Source: an uncultured Solirubrobacterales bacterium (lineage in GTDB: Bacteria; Actinomycetota; Thermoleophilia; Solirubrobacterales; Solirubrobacteraceae). From it: a stretch of DNA of 64,000 nt. The notes below the pieces were generated by a model. It was not told the origin of the DNA. It made no database searches and saw nothing but the letters and a program-made list of their open reading frames with translations. The stretch is taken from the NCBI GenBank assembly GCA_963834635.1, contig CAWICI010000001.1, positions 12,485 through 76,484 on the forward strand. The letters run 5' to 3'. This document shows positions 31,773 to 42,035 of this stretch, in pieces (within the stretch, counting starts at the first letter, position 1; each line of letters starts with the position of its first letter). The position numbers were made by a program, and so were the translations under genes.

Positions 31773-33136
31773 GCACCATGAGGACAAGCGAGCCGGCCCT
31801 GGCCCGCCTGCGCGTCGCGATCGCCGCGAGCGAGCTGCCCACCTACGTCTACAGCTACCCGTCGAAGCGCGCGTACCGCCGACTCGACGCTGGCTGGACG
31901 CCCGAGCGGGCGTGGGCCGGCTACGAGGGTCCGCTCAACCTCTACCTCCACGTTCCGTTCTGTGGCCGCCGGTGCTCGTTCTGCACGCTGTTTCTGACCA
32001 CCGCCCATACCGGGGACATGCGCCAGGCCTACGTCGAGGCGCTGTGCCGCCAGATCGCCATGTACGGGGCGCTGCTCGCCGACGTCGAGGTGGCGTCGGT
32101 CTACGTTGGCGGAGGTACCCCGACGATTCTCGAGCCGGCGCAGTTCCGCCAGGTGTTCGGCGCTCTGCGGGCAGCCTTCCCGCAGTTCGCGAGCAAGGCG
32201 GAGATCGCGGTCGAGGGCTCGCCCGACACGATTGCGGCCGAGAACCTCGCGTGCCTTCGCGAACTCGGCGTAAATCGCATCAGCATGGGCATCCAGACGC
32301 TCGATCCCGACGAGCTGCGACTTGTCGGACGCTCGCACATGGCCGCCGACGTCGAGCGCGCGGTGGCGGACATCCAGGCCGCGGGCTTCCGGAACACGAA
32401 CTACGACCTGATCTACGGGCTCGAGGGCCAGACGCGCGAGAGCTGGCTGCAAAGCCTGTCGGGGACGATCGCCTTCGCGCCCGAGACGATCACGATCTAC
32501 CCGATCGTCTTCCGGCCGCTGACCGCGATCGAGCGGCGGCGGGCGCGCGACGCCGATGCCTTCCTGGCCAACGCGTCGAAGTACGCCTTGTATGACGAGA
32601 GCGTCGAGTTCCTCGCCCAGCGCGGCTACCACCAGGACAGCTTCGTGCGCTTCACCACGCTCGAGCGCGACGGCTATCAGCAGGAGGCCGCCGACTTCTC
32701 CGGGGTGCCGCTGCTCGGGCTCGGCGCGGGCGCCCGGAGCTACAGCCACCGCGTCCACTACGGCACCGACTTCGCCGTGCGCAAGTCCTCGACGCTCTCG
32801 ATCATCTCCGGCTTCGTCGACCACGATCACCGCCCGGACGCGCCCGTCGGGCTCGGCTTCGAGCTCGACGAGGACGAGCAGCGCCGCCGTTTCTGCGTGC
32901 TCACGCTCTCGCTCGGGCGACTCGACTCGGGTGCCTACGCGGGGCGCTTCCCGGGTGCGACTCTTGACGACTTCGCCGAGGAGCTCGCGGCGCTCGAGCA
33001 CGAGGGCTGCGTGCGGCGCGACGGAGCCGGGGGCTTCGAGCTGACGCGCAAGGGCTTCAAGTTCTCGAACGTGATCGGTTCGCTGTTCACGTCACCCGCA
33101 GTGCGGGAGCTGGAAGACTCCTATGTGCCCGCCTGA
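31769..33136 (+). CDS. HemN-like radical SAM enzyme resembling the STM4012 family
   Basis: YVYSYPSKRAYR, LYLHVPFCGRRCSFC, GGGTPT, NRISMGIQ, DLIYGLEGQ, GLGAGARSY. Confidence 0.9.
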   Translation: MSTMRTSEPALARLRVAIAASELPTYVYSYPSKRAYRRLDAGWTPERAWAGYEGPLNLYLHVPFCGRRCSFCTLFLTTAHTGDMRQAYVEALCRQIAMYGALLADVEVASVYVGGGTPTILEPAQFRQVFGALRAAFPQFASKAEIAVEGSPDTIAAENLACLRELGVNRISMGIQTLDPDELRLVGRSHMAADVERAVADIQAAGFRNTNYDLIYGLEGQTRESWLQSLSGTIAFAPETITIYPIVFRPLTAIERRRARDADAFLANASKYALYDESVEFLAQRGYHQDSFVRFTTLERDGYQQEAADFSGVPLLGLGAGARSYSHRVHYGTDFAVRKSSTLSIISGFVDHDHRPDAPVGLGFELDEDEQRRRFCVLTLSLGRLDSGAYAGRFPGATLDDFAEELAALEHEGCVRRDGAGGFELTRKGFKFSNVIGSLFTSPAVRELEDSYVPA

Positions 33137-34067
33137 GGCGGCCCGTGCCGACCCGTTCTGGGACCGGGGCTACAAGGACCTCACGGTCTCGACCATGGGC
33201 GGGCCGAACCACGACGTGGTCGAGCTCGTCGCGGCGCTCCCGCCGCTGGCGCGGGTGCTTGACCTCGGCTGCGGGGAAGGCCGGAACGCGTTCTTCCTGG
33301 CTGGCCGCGGTTGCGAGGTCACCGCGGTCGACATCTCCGCTGCGGCGATCAGCAAGCTCGAGACCCTCGCGGCGCGGGCAGGCTTTCGGATCGAGGTGGA
33401 GGTCGGGGACATCGCCGAGTACCCGCTCGCCGGCTCGTTCGATCTTGTCCTGGCCCACGGCGTGATCGACTACCTCGAGAACGAGAAGTGGCGAGCGCTC
33501 CTCACGCGGGTCAAGGAGCACACCGCGCCCGGGGGTTTCAACGCCTACACGTGCATGCTCTTTACCGAGGAGTACCCGACCCTGCCCGAGCTCGCCGACG
33601 CAGGCTTCAAACACTCGCTGGCGCCGGGCGAACTGGCCGACTTCTATGCCGACTGGGAGCTCGTGCGCCACGACCGCTATGTCAAGTGGGACCAGCATCC
33701 CGGCGTGCCCGAGCATTGCCACCCAGTCGACAAGGTCGTCGCCCGCCGGCCAGGCGGCGCCGGGCCTGAGGCCGTGGTCACCCCGGTGCCCGCCGGGGAC
33801 GAACCGCTTCCGCGAGAGCTCTTCGACACGATCCAGATGGGGCTCCCGGCCGATGAACTCGAGCGGCGCTGCGGCGAGCCGGCGGCAATCGATCGCTTCG
33901 CGATGGACGGCGTGCAGCTCGGCGTGGGACCGGCGGCGACCGTCGAGGGGTACTCGCTCAGCCTCTGGTACTACGGCCGCTCTGTCTTCCACGTGGTCAA
34001 CGGGAGGGTCTGGGGGCGCTCTCTCTACGACTCCGAGCCGGTGCGGGTCGTGTTCGAGCGCGGGTGA
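33123..34067 (+). CDS. TehB-like SAM methyltransferase with extra C-terminal domain
   Basis: VLDLGCGEGRNAFFLA, AVDIS, TAPGGFN; extra about 90 aa FDTIQMGLPADELERRCGEP. Confidence 0.85.
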   Translation: MCPPEAARADPFWDRGYKDLTVSTMGGPNHDVVELVAALPPLARVLDLGCGEGRNAFFLAGRGCEVTAVDISAAAISKLETLAARAGFRIEVEVGDIAEYPLAGSFDLVLAHGVIDYLENEKWRALLTRVKEHTAPGGFNAYTCMLFTEEYPTLPELADAGFKHSLAPGELADFYADWELVRHDRYVKWDQHPGVPEHCHPVDKVVARRPGGAGPEAVVTPVPAGDEPLPRELFDTIQMGLPADELERRCGEPAAIDRFAMDGVQLGVGPAATVEGYSLSLWYYGRSVFHVVNGRVWGRSLYDSEPVRVVFERG

Positions 34068-34347
34068 TCCGTCGCGGGGGGCTTGTCGCGCGCGGCCAGT
34101 TAGCGCTGACGCCGTACCACCCGGCGGACGCGTAGCAGGACCCGGCGGATACGGCGAGGCTCGTTGGTGCGGGTTTCGTCGCCCGCTCGGAGCTGGGCGT
34201 AAAGCTCCGCCCTCGCCTCTTTCTCGCCGTCGACGCGACGCTCCTCTCGGAGCAGAGGCCGAATCGGTATGCGTCCGGGATCAATGCCCATTTCTCACTC
34301 GCCTTCTAACTGGTAAATCGTACCTGGCGGAGCTGATGCGACAGGGA

Positions 34348-35608
34348 TCAGATTCGGAAACGTGTGGCCGCAAAAGGTGCCAGCACCGCCGGGCGCTCCC
34401 CGGTCAGCATGAAGGTGGTCAGCGCCTGGGCGGCGGGCGCGGCGAGGGTCATGCCGAGCATCGAGTACGCGCCGGCGAAGAACACGTTCGCGAGCCTGGG
34501 GTGTCGGTCGATGATCGGCAAGCCGTCCGGAGCGATCGGCCGCAACCCCGACCAGACGCTGTCGGCGTCGAGCTCGCCCCAAGGTCCGAGCATCCGTGCG
34601 GCGCCGCGAGCGACCGACTCGACGCGCCGGCGATCGATACGCCCGTTGATCCCGCTGAACTCCATCGTGCCCGCGATCCGCAGGCGCTCCCCAAGCGGCG
34701 AGCATCCGACGTGCGGATCCAACAACAGGAGGGCGTGCCGGGGCATGCGCCGGGGCCGGACCTCAAAGCTGTAGCCCTTGCCGGCCTGAACCGGCAGCCG
34801 CACGTCAAACAGGCGACCGACAGGGCCGAGCCAGGCTCCAGTGGCAAGGACCACGCTCTCGGACCGAAAACGGCCAGCCGAGGTACGGAGCGTCGCCACG
34901 CGCGAACCCTCCATCTCCGCGTCGCGGAGCTCCGTGCCCTCGAGCACCTCCACTCCGAGCTCCGTCACCCGCTTCCTGAGTGCGGCGGTCACCGCCCCGG
35001 GGTCGACGGTGCAGTGCGGCTCGATCACGAACCCGGTTCTGACGGCATCGGTCAGCGTGGGCTCGAGCGTCAACACCTCGTCCTGGCTGAGCAGCCGATC
35101 CGGAATCTTGAAGCCGAGCCTGGCCACCGGTTCAAGCTGGTCAAGAAAGGCCTGCGCCTTGCCGGGTTCGCTCGCCGCCACAAGCAACGGTTCTCGCTGC
35201 AGCTCGATCGGAATCCCGTTGCTCACCATCTCTTCCAGCAGGTCGATCGACCGCTCGGCAAGCCCGGCAAGCGCCACCCGACCGGCTCGGTGGTCCGTCT
35301 CGTTACAGCGCCTGGCGAACCCGACCAGCCACGGGATCATCCGGAGCAACTGTCGCGGCTGGAAATAAAGGGCCGACTCGCGGTCGATCAACGAACGAAC
35401 GCCATAGCCGAGTAGGCCGGGCTCTGGCAACGGTCCCGCCTGCGCCGCCGAGACCCACCCGGCGTTGCCCCACGAAGCCCCGCTGCCGACACTCCGAGTC
35501 TCCAGCACCTGCACCTCGGCCCCGGCCTTGCGCAAGAAGTAGGCGACACACAGGCCGGCGATGCCGCCGCCGACCACGATCACGTGATTCGACCGTTCGG
35601 CGCTCAGG
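34348..35608 (-). CDS. D-amino acid dehydrogenase (DadA)-like FAD oxidoreductase
   Basis: VVGGGIAG, GASWGNAG, GKGYS, WSGLRPIAPDGLPII; start approximate. Confidence 0.88.
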
Positions 35609-35609
35609 C

Positions 35610-36299
35610 CTAGGCCGTTCTTTCTTGGCGAGCCGGGCGGCCGACATAGTCGACGCGCGCGGATCGAATCTGCCCCGAGCTGATCGCTTCGAGCTCGTCC
35701 GCCTCGCTGGTCTCGGACAATTCCGGGAAGAAGTACGCGCCGCGAGTGCAAGAGACGCGCTCGAAGCGCCGGTCAAGCTCCTCGACGAGCCGCTGCACGC
35801 TGTGCAGACCGTGCTGGTGAGCCCAGCCAGGGAAGAGGTCATCCCATGGCTGACCCGAAGCCATCCACTCGTCGCGACGGCGATGCAGCCAGCCTTCGGG
35901 GCCTGTCTGTGTCAAGCGTTCAAAGCACCACCGAGCGGTCTGCTCGTCGAAGCGCTGCCAATCCCATTCGACCACGATCACCCGGCCGTCGGCGGTCAAA
36001 GCGTTGGCGGCCTTGTCCAGCACATCGCCGGGCTCTCTGACGTGGTGCAACGACGTGCTGGCGATAACCGCGTCAACGGGTTCGGCGACGTCGCTCTGCT
36101 CGAACTCGATCTGGCGGTAGCGATCCCCCTCGGGCGCCAGGGGATCGATTCCCACCGCGTCGTAGCCGCTCTCGTGCAATCTTGGGACAAGGCCGCCGAG
36201 GCGCCCGCACCCTATCTCCACGACGGCCGCTGGAGCGGGCGGCAGGTGAACCCGAACCTTCGACCACAGCGCCTCTAGCCATCGCTCTTGGGCGGTCAC
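35610..36299 (-). CDS. class I SAM-dependent methyltransferase
   Basis: VEIGCGRLG, GIDP, SLHHV. Confidence 0.82.
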   Translation of the reverse strand: MTAQERWLEALWSKVRVHLPPAPAAVVEIGCGRLGGLVPRLHESGYDAVGIDPLAPEGDRYRQIEFEQSDVAEPVDAVIASTSLHHVREPGDVLDKAANALTADGRVIVVEWDWQRFDEQTARWCFERLTQTGPEGWLHRRRDEWMASGQPWDDLFPGWAHQHGLHSVQRLVEELDRRFERVSCTRGAYFFPELSETSEADELEAISSGQIRSARVDYVGRPARQERTA

Positions 36300-36435
36300 A
36301 GGCCGATGCTAAGGCTCGGCGCTCCGCCGCGCCCGCCGCAGCACGCGAGGTCGGCCCCGGACCCGGGCAACCGCTAGCTTTCGCGAGGGCGTCCCCCCAC
36401 CGATGATTTTTCGCCGCTTCGGCGGTCTTGGTCAC

Positions 36436-37038
36436 ATGACACCAACCACATGCCACATGTCCATCTCTCTCGACGGCTTCGTCGCCGGCCCCGATCAGAG
36501 CCGCGACAACCCGCTCGGCGTCGGCGGCCGGGAGCTCCACCACTGGCACCTCGACGAGCCCCTCCACGAAGCCGACGCCCCCGTGCGCGACGAGCTCATG
36601 ACGCCCTGCGGAGCGTACGTGATGGGCCGCAACATGTTCGGTCCGATTCGGGGCCCGTGGGAAGAGGACTGGCGCGGGTGGTGGGGGGACGAGCCGCCCT
36701 ATCACGCTCCTGTGTTCGTTCTCACCCACTACCCGCACGACCCGATCGAGATGGAGGGCGGGACGACGTTCCACTTCATCACGGAAGGCTTCGATGTCGC
36801 CTTTGAGCGCGCGAACGCGGCGGCCGGCGATCTCGGCGTCGACATCGCCGGGGGCGCCTCCACCGTGCGGCAGGCGTTCGCGGCGGGCGTGATCGACGAG
36901 CTCATGCTCGACATCGCTCCCGTGCTGCTCGGAGCCGGCGAGGCCCTGTTCGACGGAGTGCAGGACCCCGGCCTGCAGCCGGTCGAGGTCATCCACTCCC
37001 CGCTCGCGACGCACATTCGCTACCGCATCGGCCGCTGA
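36436..37038 (+). CDS. dihydrofolate reductase/RibD C-terminal family protein
   Basis: SISLDGFVAG, MGRNMF, PVFVLTH, GGAST, PVLLGAG. Confidence 0.9.
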   Translation: MTPTTCHMSISLDGFVAGPDQSRDNPLGVGGRELHHWHLDEPLHEADAPVRDELMTPCGAYVMGRNMFGPIRGPWEEDWRGWWGDEPPYHAPVFVLTHYPHDPIEMEGGTTFHFITEGFDVAFERANAAAGDLGVDIAGGASTVRQAFAAGVIDELMLDIAPVLLGAGEALFDGVQDPGLQPVEVIHSPLATHIRYRIGR

Positions 37039-37104
37039 CTCGCTGGCCTCGCGGCGGGAGTAGGAGGACGAAGCCGAGCTGCTCCGAGCCTATGCTCCGG
37101 AGAT

Positions 37105-37545
37105 ATGACGATTCAGCGGATGGACAACGTTCTCATCGTTGTCGAGGACCTCGAGGCGGTCAAAGCGTTCTTCGTCGAACTCGGTATGGAACTGGAAGGC
37201 GAGACGACGGTCGAGGGGCCCTGGGTGGACACCGTCGTCGGGCTCGACGACGTCCGTGCCGACATCGTCACGCTCCGTACCCCGGACGGCCACAGCCGGG
37301 TTGAGCTGACGAGGTTCCACACCCCGCCGGCGGTCAGACCCGAGCCGGAAAACGCACCCGCGAACACGCTGGGAATACGCCGCATCATGTTCGCGGTCCA
37401 CGGCATCGACGACGTCGTCGCCCGCCTGCGCAGCCACGGTGCCGAACTCGTCGGTGAGATCGCGCAGTACGAGGACATCTACCGGCTGTGCTTCATGCGT
37501 GGCCCTGAGGGCATCATCGTCGGACTGGCCGAACAGCGCGGCTGA
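37105..37545 (+). CDS. VOC/glyoxalase family protein
   Basis: RMDNVLIVVEDL, GIRRIMFAV, RGPEGIIVGLAE. Confidence 0.9.
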   Translation: MTIQRMDNVLIVVEDLEAVKAFFVELGMELEGETTVEGPWVDTVVGLDDVRADIVTLRTPDGHSRVELTRFHTPPAVRPEPENAPANTLGIRRIMFAVHGIDDVVARLRSHGAELVGEIAQYEDIYRLCFMRGPEGIIVGLAEQRG

Positions 37546-37761
37546 AATCTGCAGTCACACCGCGGGTTGCGGCAGTGATCGTCCCGGCGTGGATAGGCGC
37601 GCAGGCCATCACCGGTTGGCCCAGCGTGCGAGCCGGCCCGCATCGGTCCGCTCACGGAAGGAAGAGCATTCCCTTGGGCGCGGTCGCCACAGGAATGGGG
37701 TTTCTCAGTGGCTCGGCAGAGTTCGCCTCCTTCCCAATAAGAGGCCGCTGCCCTGGTCGGT

Positions 37762-38022
37762 CTATTCAGGCTGGCCCCGGTGCCAAATTCTCCGGTGGGT
37801 TCCGCGCGGGTGCTCAGCTGGCTCGGACTCCTGTTCCTTGCGCTCCTGCTCGATGTGCTCGCGCTCGCGCTTCCATGGGTCCTCCGCGACGCTCGGATCG
37901 TCCGCCCCGCTTGGAGTCTCTTCCTCTTCCATCTCGCGGTCGTGGATCGCGGCGGCACGCTCCCGAGCCAGCTGCTCCTCGCGCTCCATATGTGAGAGCC
38001 CGTCTGGTTCGAAGTAGTTCAT
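37762..38022 (-). CDS. small charged hypothetical protein
   Basis: MNYFEPDGLSHMERE...; Glu/Arg-rich; GGAGA upstream. Confidence 0.5.
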   Translation of the reverse strand: MNYFEPDGLSHMEREEQLARERAAAIHDREMEEEETPSGADDPSVAEDPWKREREHIEQERKEQESEPAEHPRGTHRRIWHRGQPE

Positions 38023-38188
38023 AGCTGGAATCTCCCCGCGAAGGCGTCCGAGGTCATCACCCAATCTGAGTGAAGCGGTGGCAGTTCGGCTGCGTGGCCG
38101 CCGTGAGCGACTAAGCGGCAGCCCAGGGCGAGCTCAGCCTGTGCGTCTTGGTGGGGAGGCGCAGCTGGATCAGATCTAGGATCCGGAC

Positions 38189-38809
38189 ATGTCGCTGGCT
38201 GCCTGCTCAGACGTATCGCCAGCGGACTGGATCGTCGCGAGCGACGTTCCCTGGGTGCGGTTGGTGACGTTCGGCCCGGCAGGCTTTCCCGCCTATGCGC
38301 GCGTTCGGTTCATTCCTGACCCCACCCATGAAGGCCAGCGGGAGATCGACGCTGATCCGGACGCGTCGCCTGACGAGGTTGATCAGTGGCGGGCCCTGCT
38401 CCAGCTAGTGGCTGCTGGTACCGAGGAGCCTGACGACTGCTATTTCGGTCTCTGGGAGGGCTGGGGGTTCCCGCAAACGGCAAATCGATGGCCGGTCTTC
38501 GGCGTTCCCCGCGGCGCTCGACTCCCCGCGCGGTCCTACTTCCTGTTTCACGGATCACTCTCCGAGGCCGAGATCTGGGGCGGCGGCGAGCCCGCGAACG
38601 CCGGGATCTGGGGCCTCTCGGAGTTCTCGCGGGGCGGCGCGCCCGCATTCGTGTGGCCGGCCGACCACACGTGGTGCGTCGCCGCGGACATCGACCCGCA
38701 CTGGGCAGGGATCGGCGCGTCCGTGCCGCTGATCGAACGGCTGATCGGCGATCCGCGTCTCGACGCCGTCGAGGCGGACCCCGCCGACGAGCCGCCCGCC
38801 TACCGGTAG
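38189..38809 (+). CDS. hypothetical protein
   Basis: FPAYARV, CYFGLWEGWG, WPADHTWCVAADID. Confidence 0.75.
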   Translation: MSLAACSDVSPADWIVASDVPWVRLVTFGPAGFPAYARVRFIPDPTHEGQREIDADPDASPDEVDQWRALLQLVAAGTEEPDDCYFGLWEGWGFPQTANRWPVFGVPRGARLPARSYFLFHGSLSEAEIWGGGEPANAGIWGLSEFSRGGAPAFVWPADHTWCVAADIDPHWAGIGASVPLIERLIGDPRLDAVEADPADEPPAYR

Positions 38810-39002
38810 AAGCGCGTCCGGCCAGCGTCGCAGACGGCGATGGCCGCAAGAGCGCGACGCCCTGCTGAGCCTAATCCCGCGTCGGTGGTCGATCAAGGCG
38901 ACAGGCTTCCGGCGCCGCTCCTGACTCGAGGTTTTCTCACGACCTGACGCGGTTGCCGTAGGGTCGGGTCTGCAAATCCGATCGAACTAGAGGGGGCTCA
39001 GC

Positions 39003-39275
39003 GTGATCTTCATAACGACTTACAGGATCAAGCAGCAGAGCAAGGACGAGACCAAGAAGCTGATGGGCGTATTTGCCGAGAAGGGTGTCCCGTCCACAGT
39101 GAAGGCGCACTACGTGGCGGCGGACGGCAGCCAGGGCGTGGTGATCGCGGAGGCGGACGATCTAGAGGAGGCCTACCGAAACATCCTGAACTACTCGGAG
39201 TGGATCGAGTACGAGACTAAGCCCTACCTGACAATCGAGCAGGCCCTGCCCCACATCGCAGACTACGTCGGTTGA
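39003..39275 (+). CDS. small dimeric alpha/beta-barrel (DUF3303/GYD-like) protein
   Basis: AHYVAADGSQGVVIAEADD; GAGGGGG RBS. Confidence 0.65.
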   Translation: MIFITTYRIKQQSKDETKKLMGVFAEKGVPSTVKAHYVAADGSQGVVIAEADDLEEAYRNILNYSEWIEYETKPYLTIEQALPHIADYVG

Positions 39276-39513
39276 TGAAAGGCCCGCTCACCTCGTCAGA
39301 TCGGGACATGTCTTGGGACACCCTTTGCCGAGAAGTGGGCAATAAGGGGACCGCTCTTCGGCCCGTGGCCGGCGTTCTGTGCGACGGCAAGGCGCGCTCG
39401 GGCTGAGCTCCCACTGCAGCGTGGTGGTTGGTGCGTGGAGAGCATGAATGCAATCGTGCGAGGGCGTCGATGGCCGATCGCCCGGGCAGCGCAGAGGGCG
39501 CTGCCGCTGTCGA

Positions 39514-39720
39514 TCAGGCTGTCTCGACGATCATTTCGATCTCGACCGGGATGTCGCCGGGCAGCTCGGCCATTCCGACTGCCGAGCGGGCATGACGCCC
39601 GGTCACCGGGCCAAAGACCTCGACGAGCAGGTCCGAGCACCCATCGATCACGGCGGGGGTCTGGTTGAACCCCGGCGCGCAGTTGACCATCCCGAAGACC
39701 TTGACTATCGACGTGACCCG
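39514..39720 (-). pseudogene. RidA/YjgF-family C-terminal fragment
   Basis: IVKVFGMVNCAPGF..PAVIDGCSDLLVEVFG...HARSAVGMAELP...VEIE; no N-terminus. Confidence 0.85.
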
Positions 39721-40383
39721 TTCCCGACGCTCGCGATCTCGGTGGCGGTCCCCGCGCCGCACATCAGCTTCACCGCCGGCGTCATGCAGGCATTCAAGAC
39801 CCTGCTCGATCACTTCGGGCTGCACGTGGTGACGCCTATCATCGCCGTCGCGCTGGTGATCGCCTCCCTGAGCGGCTTGCTCGACTGGCTCACCGGTCCC
39901 TCCACCGGCCTGCTGCACATCTCCCGCGAGCGCGGCTATCTGCCGCGGTACTTCCAGAAGCTCAACTCGAACGGCGTCCAGCTGCACATACTGGTCGCCC
40001 AGGGACTCGTCATCACGCTGATCGGAGTGCTCTACTCCGTGGTGCCGGCAGTCTCACGCGCCTACTGGGTGTTCGCCGCCCTGGCGACAGAGGTCTACCT
40101 GATCATGTACGTCCTGATGTTCCTCGCGGCAGTCAACCTCCGGCGGCGAGCGCCCGAGCATCAGCGTGGCTACCGGGCACCCGCGCTCGTGACGATCTGC
40201 GTCGTCGGGACGCTCGCCGCCACGGCTGCCTGCGTGGTCGGTCTGTTGCCGCCGAGCCAGCTTGGGCACATAAGCACGCCGGAGTACCTCCTGGCGCTGC
40301 TCGCCGCGACGCTCCTCGTCGGGCTCCTCCCGCCGCTCCTGCTCCATAAGCTGCGCCGGTCCGATTGGAAGGTCGCTGCCTGA
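39721..40383 (+). pseudogene. APC amino-acid permease (GadC-like) C-terminal fragment
   Basis: TLAISVAVP..GVMQAF, WLTGPSTGL, GYLPRYFQKLN, YLIMYVLMF; no N-terminal half. Confidence 0.82.
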
Positions 40384-40458
40384 GGGGGTGATGTTTGGCG
40401 TGAGCCACTGAGGGCTGCCCTCGGGCCGCCCGTCGGTGTGTCTAGCTTGAGTACCCGG

Positions 40459-40827
40459 CTACGCGGTCGCGCCGATCCCCGCCTGCTGGATCTTCGCGAT
40501 CTCGGCCTCAGGGTCTTCCACCTCGAGCACCAAACGGTGATAGCGCTCGTCTCGGAGCTCGATCGCGACCGCCTTCGCGGGCTCGTGTACGTCCCAGAAC
40601 ACCAGCTGGCCCTCTGAATAGAAACGACCAGCCGAGATCACGCCGGGAATGTGAGTGCCGCCAAGCCGCATGCCGTGCAGCCACTTTTGCGCCTCCTCGC
40701 TCGCCGACTGGGCGCCGACGACGTTTCTGAGTGGGATCTCCAAGCGGCTCTTGAGGGCCCAGAAGCGATCCGCCCCTTCGACGCGGACCACGAGTGCGTC
40801 AGATGTCAGTTCGATTGTTGTAGGCAT
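40459..40827 (-). CDS. hypothetical protein, possibly a bacterial PH-like domain
   Basis: RLGGTHIPGVISAGRF..FWDV; AGGAAGGA RBS. Confidence 0.75.
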   Translation of the reverse strand: MPTTIELTSDALVVRVEGADRFWALKSRLEIPLRNVVGAQSASEEAQKWLHGMRLGGTHIPGVISAGRFYSEGQLVFWDVHEPAKAVAIELRDERYHRLVLEVEDPEAEIAKIQQAGIGATA

Positions 40828-40861
40828 GGTGTTCCTTCCTGTGTTGGATGGTTGCTAACCG

Positions 40862-41563
40862 TCATGGCAAAAGCTCGAGCGATGTGATCGATCCGCGCCA
40901 GTAGGTGAACGGCCCCCCGGGTAGCTCCCATCGCACTTCGCCTCGGGTTGGTACGCGCACTCCGCCTACGGTGCGGTAATCGCCGTAGGCGCCGATCCAC
41001 GGCGTGAGGGCATTGCCCGCCTCGACGCGGGGCCGCTGGGCTTCGGTCCGCGCGAGCTCGCCGGCGGAGTTGAAGATCAGGCGCACCGCGATCCGCTCAT
41101 CACGAACGCGCGTGGCCACTTCGACGGTGTGGTCATCGACCTCGCGCCACTCGAGTTGCCGATTGGCGATGATCGCCTGCGGCACCCAGGCGATCTCGGC
41201 CAGGTACCTAAACGCCTCGCCCTGAGCCAGTTCGGGTCCACGTTTGCGCTGTACCGGGATCCCAAGCATCCGGACCTCGAGCCGCCCTTCTCGGCCGTCA
41301 TAGCTGTCGGTGACGCGCAGGGCGAGAGGACCGAGCATCGGGAATCGAGCCTCCCAGGCAAAGGCCACCTGCTCGATCGTGAACTCTTCTGTCGCCTCGA
41401 AAAGTCGCGGCGAGGCGCCTGGTTTGAGGCTCATCTCGCCTCGCTGGCGGATGCGGACGGTTCGGTACGTTCCGCGCTGCTCCGCCACGCATCGGTTGGC
41501 GTAGTCCCGGACGAGCGCGGGCAGGGAGCTAATCGCGGAAGAGGCTGTCGCCTGACGATTCAT
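40862..41563 (-). CDS. conserved hypothetical protein (DUF6544/DUF6920-like)
   Basis: LPALVRDY, VTDSY..G.LEVRMLG, GEAFRYLAEIAWVP, VRVPTRGEVRW. Confidence 0.78.
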   Translation of the reverse strand: MNRQATASSAISSLPALVRDYANRCVAEQRGTYRTVRIRQRGEMSLKPGASPRLFEATEEFTIEQVAFAWEARFPMLGPLALRVTDSYDGREGRLEVRMLGIPVQRKRGPELAQGEAFRYLAEIAWVPQAIIANRQLEWREVDDHTVEVATRVRDERIAVRLIFNSAGELARTEAQRPRVEAGNALTPWIGAYGDYRTVGGVRVPTRGEVRWELPGGPFTYWRGSITSLELLP

Positions 41564-41978
41564 CGCGCCGGATGGGCGCTGATTGGTCGCGCGCGCACAG
41601 AGCACAGTGCCACGAGGATGAGGCAGTTGACGACAAGCCCCGCGTATGCGCTTCCGATCTCACAGAGGCATAGAAATGCAGAGATCGGGACCGCGACCGC
41701 AAGGACACGGAGCGCCCAGTGCGAACGACGCCAAACTCCGAATGCGGCGGCAACGAAGCCGAAGCTCACGAGCAGCCAGACGACGCCGAGACGCGAATAC
41801 CCGCCGGCCCAATGCCGATGTGCCCGTCGACGACAGCGGTGGAATAGGGCATCGCCGCGACGCTCAAGAGCTTCCATGCGACCACGAAACCGAGTACGTG
41901 GACCATCCCGTGCAGCGCCAGGGCGACAGAGGACCAGCGCCGAGCCCAGCTCACCTGACCTTTCCCACTGCGTGACAT
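41560..41978 (-). CDS. small four-TM membrane protein, frameshift near 41800
   Basis: LHGMVHVLGF...; ATGA overlap with the downstream gene. Confidence 0.6.
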
Positions 41979-42035
41979 GACCCTGAGGATGGCGCTCAAG
42001 GCAGTGCCGGAAAACGCGGCTGCGCCGCAGTCTGG

